64,000 nucleotides of DNA from Setoptus koraiensis (GCA_048013815.1 CM106586.1:15748001-15812000); one strand, 5' to 3'. Positions 15,301 to 34,049 are shown, numbered from the stretch's first letter. Notes: generated from the letters alone by a model not told the origin. Numbers and translations: made by a program.

Positions 15301-15490
15301 ACAGTTGGAATTACATCCAGACAAGCAGCCAATTTTACTTGTTGCCGGTCGAGATGATATGAGCATGTGTGAATTGTCATTGAAGGAGACAAGATTGACT
15401 TCGAAACGAGGTGCTGAGATCCTGCCACAAGAATTTGAAGAGGAATGGTCAAAATATGGCGGAAAACCGTATGTTGCTCGAGCATCTTAG
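5240..15490 (+). CDS. Myo6: Myosin VI (jaguar/95F-type unconventional myosin), 5' end lost in the gap
   Basis: Frame-consistent GT-AG exons: <5240-5298 ([19 protein letters not shown]), 5897-5970 ([15 protein letters not shown]), 6096-6225 ([13 protein letters not shown]...PPHVFAI), 9026-9100 (ADKAYRDM...SGESGA), 11660-11746 ([13 protein letters not shown]), 11921-12018 ([24 protein letters not shown]), 12335-15490. Class-VI hallmarks are present: insert 2 ([24 protein letters not shown]) and a cargo-binding tail with RRL and WWF motifs. Confidence 0.97.
6327..6359. repeat. (TG)n microsatellite in a myosin intron
   Basis: About 16 uninterrupted TG units; one of many CA/TG, TTG/CAA and AAT microsatellites in the window. 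Confidence 0.95.
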
Positions 15491-16994
15491 GATGGACGTT
15501 CCCATTGAAGCTTGTTGTAGGATAATTAGAGGCATCTGATTAGAGAGTGTATCGATCAAACAACTATCTCAAAAGAACCAAGACTTTTTTGTATCCACCT
15601 TCAAATCATATCACTAACAAAAAGAAATCATCTCATAGCTCTTCCATTCCATACAATGGTATAGCGGCACTCTGTTTAATTGTCTGTTTAATTGTCATAA
15701 ATCACTTACTGAGTACATGTAATCTTGGCCGAGTTCTCAATCACTGTCTCTATTTTCTTTCCTCGGTTGTATTTGCATTCCGATGGTAAAAACAATTTGA
15801 TGTTGCGCTACGCATGGCTATCTGCAACCTGGTTTAGATAGCCATCATAACAATCAGCCAACTAGAGTGGCTTGGGATCGGAGGTAAACTAAATGATGAA
15901 ATCAGTTATCATTTTCCAGCCGATTCTTCATGCGTTGGTCAGTCTCGAAACATTTAATCCTTAATTGCTCAGTGACTCTCGTAGACAATTTAATGGACGA
16001 TTCCGTAGAACCGCTTCTTATACTTGTCACTTGGATGCAACACATTAGGAAATAAATTCGGTTTCCTGAAGCAGCATAGTACCTAACAACCTTGACATAA
16101 CAGATAGTTTCAGTGTCAATTAGAAAATTTCAAGAAATTGGGTTATATATGAACATCGTCGGGCACTTTTACACTCAAAAATATCGTCAGACACACTAGG
16201 TTGCACAAAATGCCTGGTAAAGGTGTCGTCAAAATCTTAGTAGTTATAGGCTACGTCTGTTTCTCATGACAAAATTCCTAATTGGCTATACTCCATTTAT
16301 TTCCTCAAATCAATTACGACGATCATCATTTCTTTTGACACAAAAATAGAAACAGCAGTACAATTTTTGTTTCAAGGTCAGGGAATAGGACTTGAGAAAA
16401 TCTCTACTTGTTAGTGTAGCTAAGATCATCGAATCGATCAATCGTTTTGTTACTGTGTCTGGTTTTATCTTGGTCGCACTGACCAACATTTGACAAATCG
16501 TTGACTGCGGCAACTTTATCACCTCCCTCTCAAACTAACTCAATGAGCCCGATGAGATTCATCATGTTGTATTACCTACAATCATCTAGAATGCAACATT
16601 TTGTATCTAGCTCTTATTCGACCATTGGAGTTCGGTGCGACTAGTTGAAGTGATTTGCTTCATGCCGAGATAAAAAATTGCTGATATCTCAATCACAAAG
16701 ATTTTCATATATCAGCAGTATCCGTAGTAGATATCAAAAGTTATTCAGCCCAACGAGAAACACATCAACGCACAGTAAAAAGAATTGCAGCAAGACAATG
16801 GATTCAAAGTGAGATACGCTAAGTGTCAGAAACAAAATTTCATTTATTTGTTATTTATAATTCAGTCGATTTTACAGGAAAATTCTTGCAAAAGTTTGAC
16901 CATGTCAAAAAGAAAATTCTTCATTCAAAATGGTTCTTTCGAAGATATTGCACATATTATTAGCTTAAAGCGAAAAAATACTCTTATAGCCAAG

Positions 16995-19900
16995 ATGGCT
17001 CGTCCCGCCACAGGTATAACCAGCTTGGCTATATGGAATTTAATTTATTTATTACTATTTATCGTACATTTAATCATTAGAACAAGCCACCAAGATGCCA
17101 TTAATTATACAACGATTGTCAGCGCCGCAAACAACAGTTCGATAAACAACAAGAGTTCCGATAAAGCTTCAGCAGCAAACAATAATAGATTACTAAACTC
17201 GAATGTTGTCAGTATCTCTAATAATAATAACAATATTAAATTAAACCCAGATCAACAACAAGCAACGAGTGGTGGCGATAGTTTGGTGGCATCGAGCACG
17301 CAGCAACAATCTTTTCGTATAGATACACCAAGTATGGATCATCAACCGCAAATGCAATTGCAACAACAATTGCATAACAACAATCAAATGTCATCTATGA
17401 TGAATGGATTACATTCAACAGAATTCACACCTATATTTCCTTCTTATGAAAGTCAGAATCAACACTATCAGAATTCGCTAATAGCCTCTGGTTCTACACC
17501 CAGATTGCATCAGATTAGTCACCATAATGGTTTTCATTCATCAAATTTAATGCCGTCCAACAATCAACAGCAATCTACCAATGGCACAGTTGACGATCTC
17601 TTATCAAGTGTGTAAGTAGAAGACATTGATTGATCTCATACAATTGCGTAGATATTTCAACAAACTTTTTTTCTTTCGATCACTAATTATATATCACTAT
17701 TCTATTAAATTGCTATCACTGTTTCATTACATTATTATCACTATTATATTCATTAGATTCAATCCAAACATACAATCCATCCCCAGCTCACAATTTCCGC
17801 CACAAGATTCTGACACGCCATTCCAACAGGCTGGCGAACAAAATCTCTGGTCTCCGGTGAGACTACAGCAACATCACCAAGACAAGAGTAGCAGCAACAA
17901 CAACAACAACAATAATAATAACAACAACAATAACGGTAACAGTAAGCAAGATCAGCAGCATCAACAGTCCGAGGCGCTCGGACTAAGTAGTGGCGAGCCA
18001 CAACCAACAACTATCATAACCATCAAGAATCCATTGCGCAATTCGTTGTCATTAAGCAATCATGACAACAATAACAACAACAATTATGTATATCAAACGC
18101 TGACGACACCGAATAGCAACGACCAGCAGCATCAACAGCAACCAAATGTCAACCATGCTGCAATATTTTTATCGCATCTTAAGGCACATGAAGCAAAAAC
18201 AGCCAGAAACATGATGAATCTTGGTGAACAACAGTCTCAAGTACACACCCTGACTACGCCTAGCGGTCTGGCGTCCTCAAAGAGTATTCAAACGGGCTCT
18301 AATTTGCATGTTGGTAGTGCCTCAAACAATAATGGCGATACAACAAGCCAACATCAGCAACAATCAATCAACAATAAAAACAATAACAACAATGTGGCGC
18401 AATCAAGCGGTGGCATGCAAGGTAGCTCACAAGTGACAGCCACTGTTGTCAATGGGCCAGCCTCTAGTTTGTTTATGTCTAGGCCAGACCTATTGCAGAA
18501 TATAGGCGAACAGTTTGCCAATTCAGGCCATCAAACTCAATTACACGATTCTCAGCAACAGTCTCAACAACAACAGCAACATTTACAGCTACAAACTATT
18601 GGTCCGTCATTCCAGCAGGACCTCCAAGAGACCTTTAACTCTAATCAACTTTTTTCGCCCAATTCACAGGTGGAATTGGGCAACTCTGGCTCTTACGGTT
18701 CCTCATTGATTGATCAGAATAGTCAGCAGTTGTTAATAGCTGGCGCAAACCATAATGTTGCCGGTGGCGATTTTCAAGGAGTGTCAATAGAAAGCGATCA
18801 AGGTGCTCGTGAATTATTCCAAAAGGCATACAGTGATTACCTGAGTACCGTCGGTGCTAACTCAAACGGAGTTGACGTAAGTATTGATTTTCTATTTTAT
18901 CCATTTCTGTTCGGATTATAACTAGTGACATTCTCTAATCAGTCTCTGGTCTCTTGACTCCATTAGCAACACCAGCCACAGCAACAGATTCAATCACAGC
19001 ACCAACAACAATTCCCGTCAAATATGATTCAGCCGGATTCTATAAGTGCCCTAATTAATTCTCAACAGCAGCAACAGTTTAAGACTCCCCTGTCCGAGAT
19101 GCTCAATCACAAGATGATGGCTCCCGAGCAACTGTTGATGAACAACGGCAACATTCAAATGGAACCGCAACAGCAGCAGCAGCAGCAACAACAACAACAA
19201 CAACAGCAACAGGAAATAGGCGCCCTTTTGATGAGTAACAGCAACAACAACAACAATAATAATAATAATCGAGCCCAAAACAACAATAACAACAACATTG
19301 TTCCGATGCAAAACATTCAATCGTCTCGCAATTCGGCGGGACTGGAGCAGTTTTCATTGAATCGTTTGAAGCCGTCGCAAGGAACTATTCCAATCAATGG
19401 TTTGACATCGTTAGCTAATAGCAACAATAACGGCAACAGCAACAGTAACAATAACGGTAACAGCAACAATAACAACCATCATAGTCAGCATCAGTTGAAC
19501 AATCATCAACAGCAACAGTCAAATAAATTCGGCCAATCGGCTTCATCGCAAATCCACCAGACTATGGTCAGTCCTACGGGTCAGACAATTGGACAATTTA
19601 TGCCGACAAGCAATGGAGATAGTTTAAGTCCGATATTAATGAACAATCTACATAGCAGTAATAATAATAATAATCACAACAATCATAATACGGGCAACTC
19701 AGAACCCTTTGATTCTACAGGCGACAATCCCGACTCGTATCATCATGCATCTTCAAACACGAATAGTCAGAGAGATAAAAGTAACGGTAATAACAACGGC
19801 AACAACAACAATAATAATAATCAAGGAGATAAATCCAATCAAAATAAGAAAGGCAAAAAAAGACGTAGTCACGATAATAGTAGAACAAGGGGACGAACAG

Positions 19901-20448
19901 GTCAAGGCCCCAAATCAAGACAAAGGCATCGCAACCCAGCCAACCGAAACCATTTAAATCAACAATTTTACGATCACGATTCACCAATGGATCTGCAAAC
20001 ATCGGCCACATTCCCTCTGATCAAATACAAGTATCCTCCCCCTTATGCGTATAGGAGACCCTTCGATGACTACGATGACGATGAGGAGGAAGAAGAAACC
20101 GAAATTAATGTCAGACATTACAACAGTAGGTTAGGACAACAGGGTCTAACCAGAATTGGCAGTATGACAACAATTTGTGTTTCAATAGCGTTTTTAATCA
20201 TTTCAAATCTTTCATTGGCAATGAGCTTGATAGCGCATAGTGCGTCCGCGTTTATAAGACACTTTGGTATAGAACCTGGCAGTGATAGACGCAAACATCA
20301 TGCACCTGCCAGGCGAAAAAGAGATTCTAGTGACTTCAATGAACTGATATCAAATGGTACAAGCAAAACCTTCGATAGAAAGGATCTTGGTAGTTTATTC
20401 ATTAATAGATATGATGATAAAAACATGACCTCTCATCACTCACTGTAA
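16995..20448 (+). CDS. Uncharacterised N/Q/S-rich low-complexity protein, about 1072 aa, with signal-peptide-like N-terminus and one C-terminal TM helix
   Basis: Three ORFs join in frame through GT-AG introns: 16995-17611, 17757-18876, 18967-20448. N-terminus MARPATGITSLAIWNLIYLLLFIVHLII, late hydrophobic helix TTICVSIAFLIISNLSLAMSLIA, and a basic RRKR site. No family recognised. Confidence 0.8.
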
Positions 20449-20557
20449 CTAGAGCCCGTTGAATGAAACATGTTTATCAGATTTTATGTCAGATATATGT
20501 AAAACAAGACGAGAGTATATTGATAAATTTTAACCAACTGTTCATGTTAGTAAATCA

Positions 20558-25600
<5,043 letters not shown>

Positions 25601-28600
25601 CTAGTAGTGAGTGTGTGTATGAGTGGTGAATATAGTTATGAATGAAAGGGTGTATAGGGTGTCTCCTTGCATGCAACTAGAATGTCATAAATGTGTGAAG
25701 ATCGATTCGGGTTTGGTTTTTGGCTTCGTTGTTGTCCGTTCCAATGGATTGTCAATTCATATGCTAGATGATAATGATGATGGTGATGATGATAGATGTT
25801 TTCGGGTTGTGTTGTACATAGGATCATGGGATGAATACATACAATTTTATATTTCACACAGACAACAATGCATACATGTATATGTATGTGTGTGTATATA
25901 TATAAATATTTGTATGATATATTATGATTTTGAGAATGATATAATAATAGTAATAATAATAATATCGGCAATAAGAATAATAATTGTTGTGAGATATAAT
26001 TAGAATGTGACTACCGTTGATTTGGTAGTATTGTTATTGATAGTTGTATTTGCATTAGTCCGATTAAGGTTGCATATCAGTCGAATATAGTAAGCGTAAT
26101 TGACCGTACAGTTAATACTGTCTGAAAGCACTGGAATCTACTACATGAAACGGTGTAGCTTCGGATAACTATTCGGATAACTATAACTTTTCACTCGTCA
26201 TTCCCTCTGTAGTCGTCATCGTCGTCGACGACGACGACAACCAATGAGCACACTTTGCTGCATTGTGCTCTACACAAATTTAGGCGCAAGCACACAAATC
26301 GAGGCACACACACACGCAAACACACATTGCACACATTGCACACATTGCACACGCATAACAAAATGGAATAGAGCAAGTGACACTCTAACGTGGTGCATTA
26401 TTTCGGCGCAAGGTGGCCAACTTGACGCCATTCAGCGCAGAGGGTGCCTTTTGAACGCGTGAGTGACTCGCGATCGCAGCGCCGACTGGGCGCGTCCAGC
26501 AAACAACAAAATTGGCAACAATATCAATAGAGAGGTGAATGTTTAGCTCAATGAATTGAGCGCACAATCTATAATAAAATAAAAGCACAGACGAACAAAA
26601 AAATTGCTTGCATTGATGGCTCTCGCTGGCGGTCATTGGAGCGGGCTTTCACTGTGGCGCAAATTTTGAACCATTTTCGTCGGTCACACGATCTCTCCCT
26701 GGCCGGGCACCTCCCGGAAGGCCCCACAATGACCCCTGTCAACTTTCGGACACATTTCTAATCTCTTGCGAAGGAATAAGAAAAATCAACTTGACCGCGA
26801 TGGGCAATTGATCATAGGTTTACTGTTGCCCTGGCAGAGTAGACCCCCAATCCACAGGCACTTTATATGGTGATCATCGGCAAGACTCACGAATGGCGGA
26901 TAAAAGAGGGCGCCATCGGGTCTTTTGAGGCGCCGGTTGGTCTAGTCATGCGCATGATACAAGGCTGGTCGGCGGCAGATTTTCGTTATCGTGTTTGGCG
27001 AGACAAGGTTAAAACTTGGTTGTTGTGTTGGTGGTAATTTTATGTTAATACATTAGAGAAGAAAAGTCGTTTATTGCTTACATTATGGCCGTACAGTTTG
27101 CACAATTGTTATGAGCAAACAATTATCATCAAGTTTCACCACTTTTGAATAGTTTCACCAAAAGTGTTCACATGGTTTTTGTTGTAATCAAATGAAAAAT
27201 TTGACCATATTGATGAGTGATATAGAGAAGCAATCAAGAAAGCTCAAACGAAATGTGTCATCTTGAAATGTGCTTGTTCCATGGGCACAAACGAACGCAT
27301 CCAACCAATAATAATCTATGATTTTAATGGCAAGTTCTCAATGATATCAACAGATCAACGAAGAAAAAAGAATCGCACTGAAACATCTCATCTAGCAAGT
27401 GTATCATCAGCGCAAAACTTGACAACTATACACTCTTTGATTAACGCGTAGCTGGACGAAGGTGAGTCACTCACTCCATATCTCTCACTTGGGTTGTCGC
27501 ATTGATCGCAAGCGACGAATCTCGGCTCGACACTTGTGATTTTGCCATTTGTTTATTCATATTTATTCTGGTAATCGTTCGGTGGTATGAGACTCTCATG
27601 ATTCGTTCAATGTGAAGAGTGTCACATTGTTGCTGGCCTCACGAGAGGAGTATCGGTTGTGTGCATACGGCGGCAGACTGTATTTATCCACCTGTGCGGA
27701 TATGTGACAGTTCATTGTGACAGTTTATCGCTGTGCCGCTGATGTCGGCCATTAATTAGCCATCAACAATTTATCGTCTAGACGGTAGATACTAATAACG
27801 TGCGCCATCACACTGGCATGTGCGGCCCATGTGAAACGCTTGCCAATTTAATACAATTTAGCTTCGGATTGGTTTCAGGTTCCGGTGCTGCGAGCGAGCT
27901 GTTTTCGTCCTAACTAGATTGCGGCTTTGTGGGCGCCCCAATCATCGGCTACTGGCCGGTCGAATTGAGTTTGATCGAGTTAAATAGTTAGCGGCAGCCA
28001 ACGGTTTTGCGATACAGACAGTTGTGATCATCACTCATCGGCGCCAATCAATTTCTAAAGCTGCTGCTTCATCTGTCAACTGCAGAACGTAGCAATTTTT
28101 TTCGCCGTCAGCCTTTCTGGCTTGCGCTGAAACCCCAGAGCAGAATTGCCAAACTAACAAATTAGATAAGCTGACAAATTGCAATTTGTTTGCTCTCAGG
28201 TGCGCAATCACTCTAACGGTTAGAGTCTAACCTGACAAAGCTCGTGAGTGGCCGAGTCAAGCGCTTTAAATCCAATTCGCTCATTTCCAGCGACCTTGCT
28301 CAGCGATAATAAATCGCTGGCTCGCGGTGCCCCATCCAACGCGGCTCTGGCTGCCGGCTGATTTAATGGTCCAGTGGTCGGGGGATGCGATCTGTTATCG
28401 CGCCCACACCCACGATTGTCAGAGGAGTGGTGCTGTAATTCAATTACAACACCACTGACAACGACAACACATTTATTTTTTTGTTTCTGAGACAACGCCA
28501 CACAGTCTAGCGCTCAGTGGTCACAATTTGGCCCCTTGCAGCGCCGATCAACAAAGTGCAACTAACACCACGTATATCGCCCACTTGACCTCGGCAAGCT

Positions 28601-31018
28601 CGGCAAGCTCGGCGAACGACGGGCGCCTTGCCAGAGATTGTTCATCAGCTACAACAAACTGGCCGCTGACAACTGCCTCAAACTGGCCATGCTCGCTGGC
28701 CGGTTTTATTGGCACCGCACACTGGTCACCAATTGGGGCCCCTCACAGCGCAACGTGCATCTGTCGTATTATTAAGCCGCTGGCTTGTTTGTCCGGCCTG
28801 TTTGTTGTGCGCCATCTGTGACAACTATTTGCGATGTGTGTGTGTTCAAGTGTTTCGCTGACCGCCAACCGAGCGGCCCGAATAATCCCACCCGAGCTAT
28901 TCGAGCCACCGAAACAGCCGAAATAGCTGAAACTGCCCTGGCCACTAAATACAAACGGCGACTCGCCAGCGCCAGTAATTGTTTCTGACACTAATGAACA
29001 CTAAATGGGCACCGTTTTTTCAAACCGTTTCAACTCGCCAGCGCCAGGCCGATGCGTGCCGCGCGGCCCAGCCACTCGCCGCCAGTAGTGGCCAGTTGTG
29101 GCCAGTGAAGCCATTGACACTGCCGACTCGACGGCATTGGGCACGAGCCACTGATGGGGCCCTATCGGGCCCCAGTTGGGGCGCGCTGCATCCAGTTGGG
29201 GCGCCAGCCTGGCCGCGTGTTTGTCGCTGTTGGGCCGTCCATTGTAAATAGCCAGTTTGCTCGATGAAAAACGATCAATGGCTTTGTCAACACTATTGAC
29301 TGCTTGCCACCGCCAGTCAATAGCGGCGTGAACTAGCGCCAAGTACCAGTCAAGTAGCGAGCAACAATGCAATTCCAACGAAACTCGAACGCCGCCTTTC
29401 GGAATGCCGGAAACCGGGGGCCCCCGCGCTGCGCGCCTAATCGGATTTGGTATCGGTTTGGCTGCACCTGTGCACTGACAGTGCCCGTAATCCAATTCGA
29501 TTATTGTTTGCGCTGGCCCCGCGTTTTCTTTTTTGTCGCCGTCGTCGCTGTTGTCGCCGTAATTTGTCCACTTGCCTATGCGTCCATTTAAAAGGGGCGA
29601 TGCTGTCGCGGCGTCTCCTCATGATGGGCGAACATTGTTCACTGAACAATAACTTGCCAAACCGGGCCCCCTCACGTGCCATTGATATTGGCCGCGTTGT
29701 TGTTGCGTCACTGCAAACTGCGAGTCGCAAAGTGAAACTGAATGCTACCCTCGCCCGCACGCCCGCCCGCCCGCTCGAGCTGCCGGAGCTGATTGAGCTG
29801 CCTGAACTGGCCGAGCTGCCCGAGGTGTGGCCGCGTTGTCGGCCGGCGCGGCCTCGCTCAAAAGTGGCCGCACCAGCTGGCCGCCTATCATCGGCCAGCT
29901 CGGTGACCGGGCCTCAGTTGTCATGACGATGACGTACCTGACGCAGCGGGCCGCACTGGGGCCACATCTAATTGTGCGGCTCGCCGGAATTGCGCGGCTG
30001 GCCAGAGTCGTGAGGCTCGCCAGCGGGCTTGACGGCCGCTGTGTGTCGTGTCTCGTGCGGCTCACGTGCGACAACGTGCCACAATGTCTTGCAGTTGACT
30101 CGGCCCCAAACGACTCACGCACCGTATGGGCCTGCGCGATACGGCGCGGGCCCCGTTGGTTTTCTCTGTGTCTCTCTCTCTGGCAAAAGTGCTCTTTTGC
30201 GTCTATTTTTTGCCTCTTTTTTGTCCGCTGACAGTGTAGCGCTGGCCGAACTAAGGAGCTAAATTATGTATACGTTATTTATGCTTTGGCGCCACACCGA
30301 TTGACCGGTGGCCGAAACGTCGCCGGGCAACTGCACGAGACGACTGTGAATATCGACGACAGATCCACAATTGAATCTCTTGCCTGGTCGCCTGGTGCCA
30401 AATGGGTGTGTGATTTTTTTGCGCGCTCGACACTTGTCATGTTTGTAGCCCGCGGGCTCGATATCTATCGCTTGCTGTATGTGTTGCGTTGCATAATGCT
30501 CACACAACATAATATTATATATTATGTAATAACCTGCACTTATACATATATTTGCGTCGCCACTTTAGTCGCAACAGCGCCGTTCCGCTGCCAGAACCTG
30601 CTAGCTGGAATCCGCCAGCCAGAAGCTGCCGGCGAGACAGACGCGCACTGTATGTCGGTGAGCAGGGGGCAGTAAATCGTGTGCTCAGTTGAACGAAACG
30701 CGAGCGTGTGACGTAACGGAGAAACCTTAAAGTGCTTTGCTGTTGTTTTGCCGCGCCATCGTGGCGCCCAGCGAGCGGGCCCCAGATAGACAAAAATAAT
30801 ATCCATTGTCACCAGCCAGCCAGCTAGCGCCATTTATGATACTGATAATATGATATTGTGCCGCTCGGGCATTGTTATACACTGTTTGTATATATATATA
30901 CATTATGTAACAGTGAATTGTATTGTGATGCACACCGTGTCCATTAACTCATCACCGACCTATCCACTGTATAATATCCGCTGCACAGTGTCCGCTACAC
31001 GGCATCCCCTGAATAACG

Positions 31019-31098
31019 CTCAGTGTATGTCCACAATATACTCAGTGTATATCCACAATATACTCAGTGTATATCGTGGATATACACTGAGCAGTATT
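31019..31098. repeat. 22-bp tandem repeat (x2.6) followed by an inverted copy, forming a hairpin
   Basis: ctcagtgtatatccacaatata units at 31019, 31041 and 31063 (partial). gtggatatacactgag at 31076-31091 is the exact reverse complement of 31041-31056. Confidence 0.92.
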
Positions 31099-31242
31099 CA
31101 GCAACGATGGCGACATTAAGCGCCCTCGGTCGGTCCGTACGGGCTGCGGTGCGGGCCGGTCAGTTGGTGCCAAACTTGAGCGGCTTTTTTGGCCCGCATC
31201 GCGAGCATACATATGGGCCCATTATGCTCGGGCTGTTGTCTC

Positions 31243-31346
31243 GCCGGCGCTGGGCCGACTGAGCGGGGCCGGAGCTTGGCCGACTGAGCGGGCCGGCGCT
31301 TGGCCGACTGAGCGGGCCGGCGCTTGGCCGACTGAGCGGGCCGGCC
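31243..31346. repeat. 24-bp GC-rich tandem repeat x4
   Basis: Unit gccggcgcttggccgactgagcgg with minor variants. Confidence 0.93.
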
Positions 31347-32696
31347 AGACGGGCACCGACCATTGACCGGGCCCGCTCGGCACCGTGTCGCCGTTGTGGA
31401 TCGGCCGCGCCGGCCAACGTATCCGTGCCACTGTTGCACCTGCTGTTCGCCTCGCGTCTCGTGCCAACAGCGCTAGTGCCAACGGTACTTGGCACGAGCT
31501 CCGCAAGCATGCAACTGCTAGTGCATGCCAATTGCGAATAATGTCACCGGAACACTGGCCCGCAACCGCTGCCGGTTGTTCGCCCGTAATCCCGCCAGCG
31601 GGCCGGCTTGGCCGGTTCTCCCGTGACTGGGCCAGCTTGGCCGGTTTTTCACCAGCGGCGGCACCAACGACAATCTCCAGTCGCAATTGGACTCACAAAC
31701 GGCGCAAACAGTTTTCGGCCAGCGCCTAGCGAATTGGCCACTCGGAGATGAACTCCCTCAAGTTATTGTGAACTCACGCACTCACCTTGTTACATAACTT
31801 GCACACACCAGCAACTGTGCCCAATAATGACATCAATGCTGATGTTTATCAAGCTTGTCAAAGCGGCCACTGGCCGGCCGGCCACTGCCACTAACTGTTT
31901 GTAACTGGCTCACTGGCCCGCTACGAGCAGTTTGGCCAGCCAACCCTGCAAACAGCAACAACAACAACAACTAACTGCCCACTTGATGGGCGATTTGGCC
32001 CGAGCGATTATTTGGGCCAAGCGGGGCCCAGTGCGCAAAAAACGCACACATTGCGTCTTGTCAACTATGCTAACAACCGGCCTCGCAACGAGTGCACGAG
32101 CACGAGCCGAAACAACGCTGGGGCCCCTTCCGGTCGTTCGAGGCAAGTGTGTCGCTTGGCTTGTAACTGGCGATTAGGTTAGCGATAAAGTGTTGCAAAT
32201 GAGTGCGAGCCAAATGGCTTGCACAAGTGGCTGGCGTGACTCGGTCAACGTGTGAAACTGCGCCACTTGTTAGAGATGACCGGACCGGACCGGACCGGCC
32301 CGAGCCGAGTCTCATCACTGTTTTGGTGACTGTTTTAGTGACCGCATCTCCAGATCCATTGTTATCTGGGCCGCCTGGCTCGCCCGTGCCAGACCCATTG
32401 ATGAGATGTATCAATAGTGCACATGTAGCATATAATTTATTGAAATTACCATATTATCATCAATTATTTTCGCTCTGTTTGTCCCTTTGTGAGTGTGTTT
32501 GTGACTGTGTGCCCTTTCAAAATTTATTAATGCTTCGCATTCCGTTGTTCGCCTGTTGTTGGCTTGTAAATTCCATGCAACAACAACAACAACAACAATA
32601 ATGGATTGTATCATGCAATGCCAGCCTTGAGCCAGCAAGCTGCCACATTTACCCGAATCGCCCAATAACTTGTATGCTAAGCTCGCTCTCGTTCGC

Positions 32697-32789
32697 GCCC
32701 CGCGTGCAACGAGATCAGGCCCCGCGTGCAACGAGATCGGGCCCCGCGTGCAACGAGATCGGGCCCCGCGTGCAATGATATCGGGCCCC
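32697..32789. repeat. 22-bp tandem repeat x4 carrying GGGCCCC
   Basis: Unit gggccccgcgtgcaacgagatc. Confidence 0.93.
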
Positions 32790-34049
32790 AGATTGAGCCT
32801 CATCGTGGCCCCGATACATACAAACACCAGTGTACAAACACCAGCCTACAAACAGCAGGCTCGGTTGTGTCGCGCCACTAAAGCAGTTAATTTTGTTTAG
32901 AAGCGGCGCAGTGATAACAAGACTGCGACATCTCGCTTCTCTGGTGCGCTCTCATTATGTCCATTATTATTGAGGCGAGTCGACTTTTATTAAGTTATGC
33001 ACGGCGTCACATTGAATATAAATCACTGGTCGCATCAAACTCGCGGCCAACATTAGCGACAGCCGCCCACTGCTAGCGGCACACCGGCACTGGATGATAT
33101 CTTCTATCCAATTAATTATAGCCACTAGACACTGCCGAAGCGCGCCCGATGTGGGCCCCGTGTTAATTATAATATACACAGTTTAACTGCTGCACTATAA
33201 TTGGATGCTTAATATGGTTTATCGATTGCCCTCTTGTCGCCACTTTTGTCACTGGCTGCCAGTGTCACTCACTTGAAAACCCCGCCCGCATGTTAACATT
33301 AACGGGCCACGCTCACGCCCGATATCCGGATAATACACACACGATTTGATTATATATCGCCAAAAGTGGGCGCCAAAAGTATCACCTAACACACTGTTGG
33401 CGGCGTCACCAACTTACAACGATAATAGCATCCAGTCAACAACCGGTGTCATGCTAAGCACACACACACACTGTTGGAAACATACGAAAATGAGCCAGTG
33501 AAAATCCCAGATCAATAGAGCAATAGTATAATTATTGACCAAGACGCGACACAATGCCAGCGACACAAACAATCTGGCCCCAAACGTCGCGCAGCCAGCT
33601 GACTGGTTGTCCCAAACTGCTAAGCTGGCATTAGAGCTGGCAAAATAAGCTGCGCATCTATCAACAAACCGGTCCCCGCCCGTCTAATCTCATTTCAGTG
33701 CCAGGCGCTCCTCTCACGGAACCACAACACGAGCTCAAATGAACGAATCTGAGGCCGGCCGAAGCGTCAAATATCTCTATCTCGCCGCCTCACTAACTGC
33801 TGCCGGCCGGCCAGCCAGCGTGCAAGCCGATGGCACCGTGATGCCAACGAGGATAGAATGAAACCAAGTGAACAATTCTATCTACTCTTATGATATTTAA
33901 ATTGAACCTGGCAAGCGAGCGAACGCGCGCGTGTGTGTTTCGAGCAGATGGTTGAATAAATCAGCTTGGCGAGCCATTTAACAAGACAGTCGCTTGGGGC
34001 GCAACACCGAACACTATTCATAAAGTGTCTTGTTTGTGGGCCCCAACAT

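Noticed and set aside
31019-32789. Short repeats as a CRISPR-like array
   Set aside because: The units are head-to-tail with no unique spacers, and the context is eukaryotic with no cas genes.
28200-33200. Many overlapping 100-160 aa ORFs as a hidden gene cluster or foreign insert
   Set aside because: They overlap in several frames on both strands, are Arg/Ala/Pro-rich and show no domain motif; expected from GC-rich non-coding DNA.
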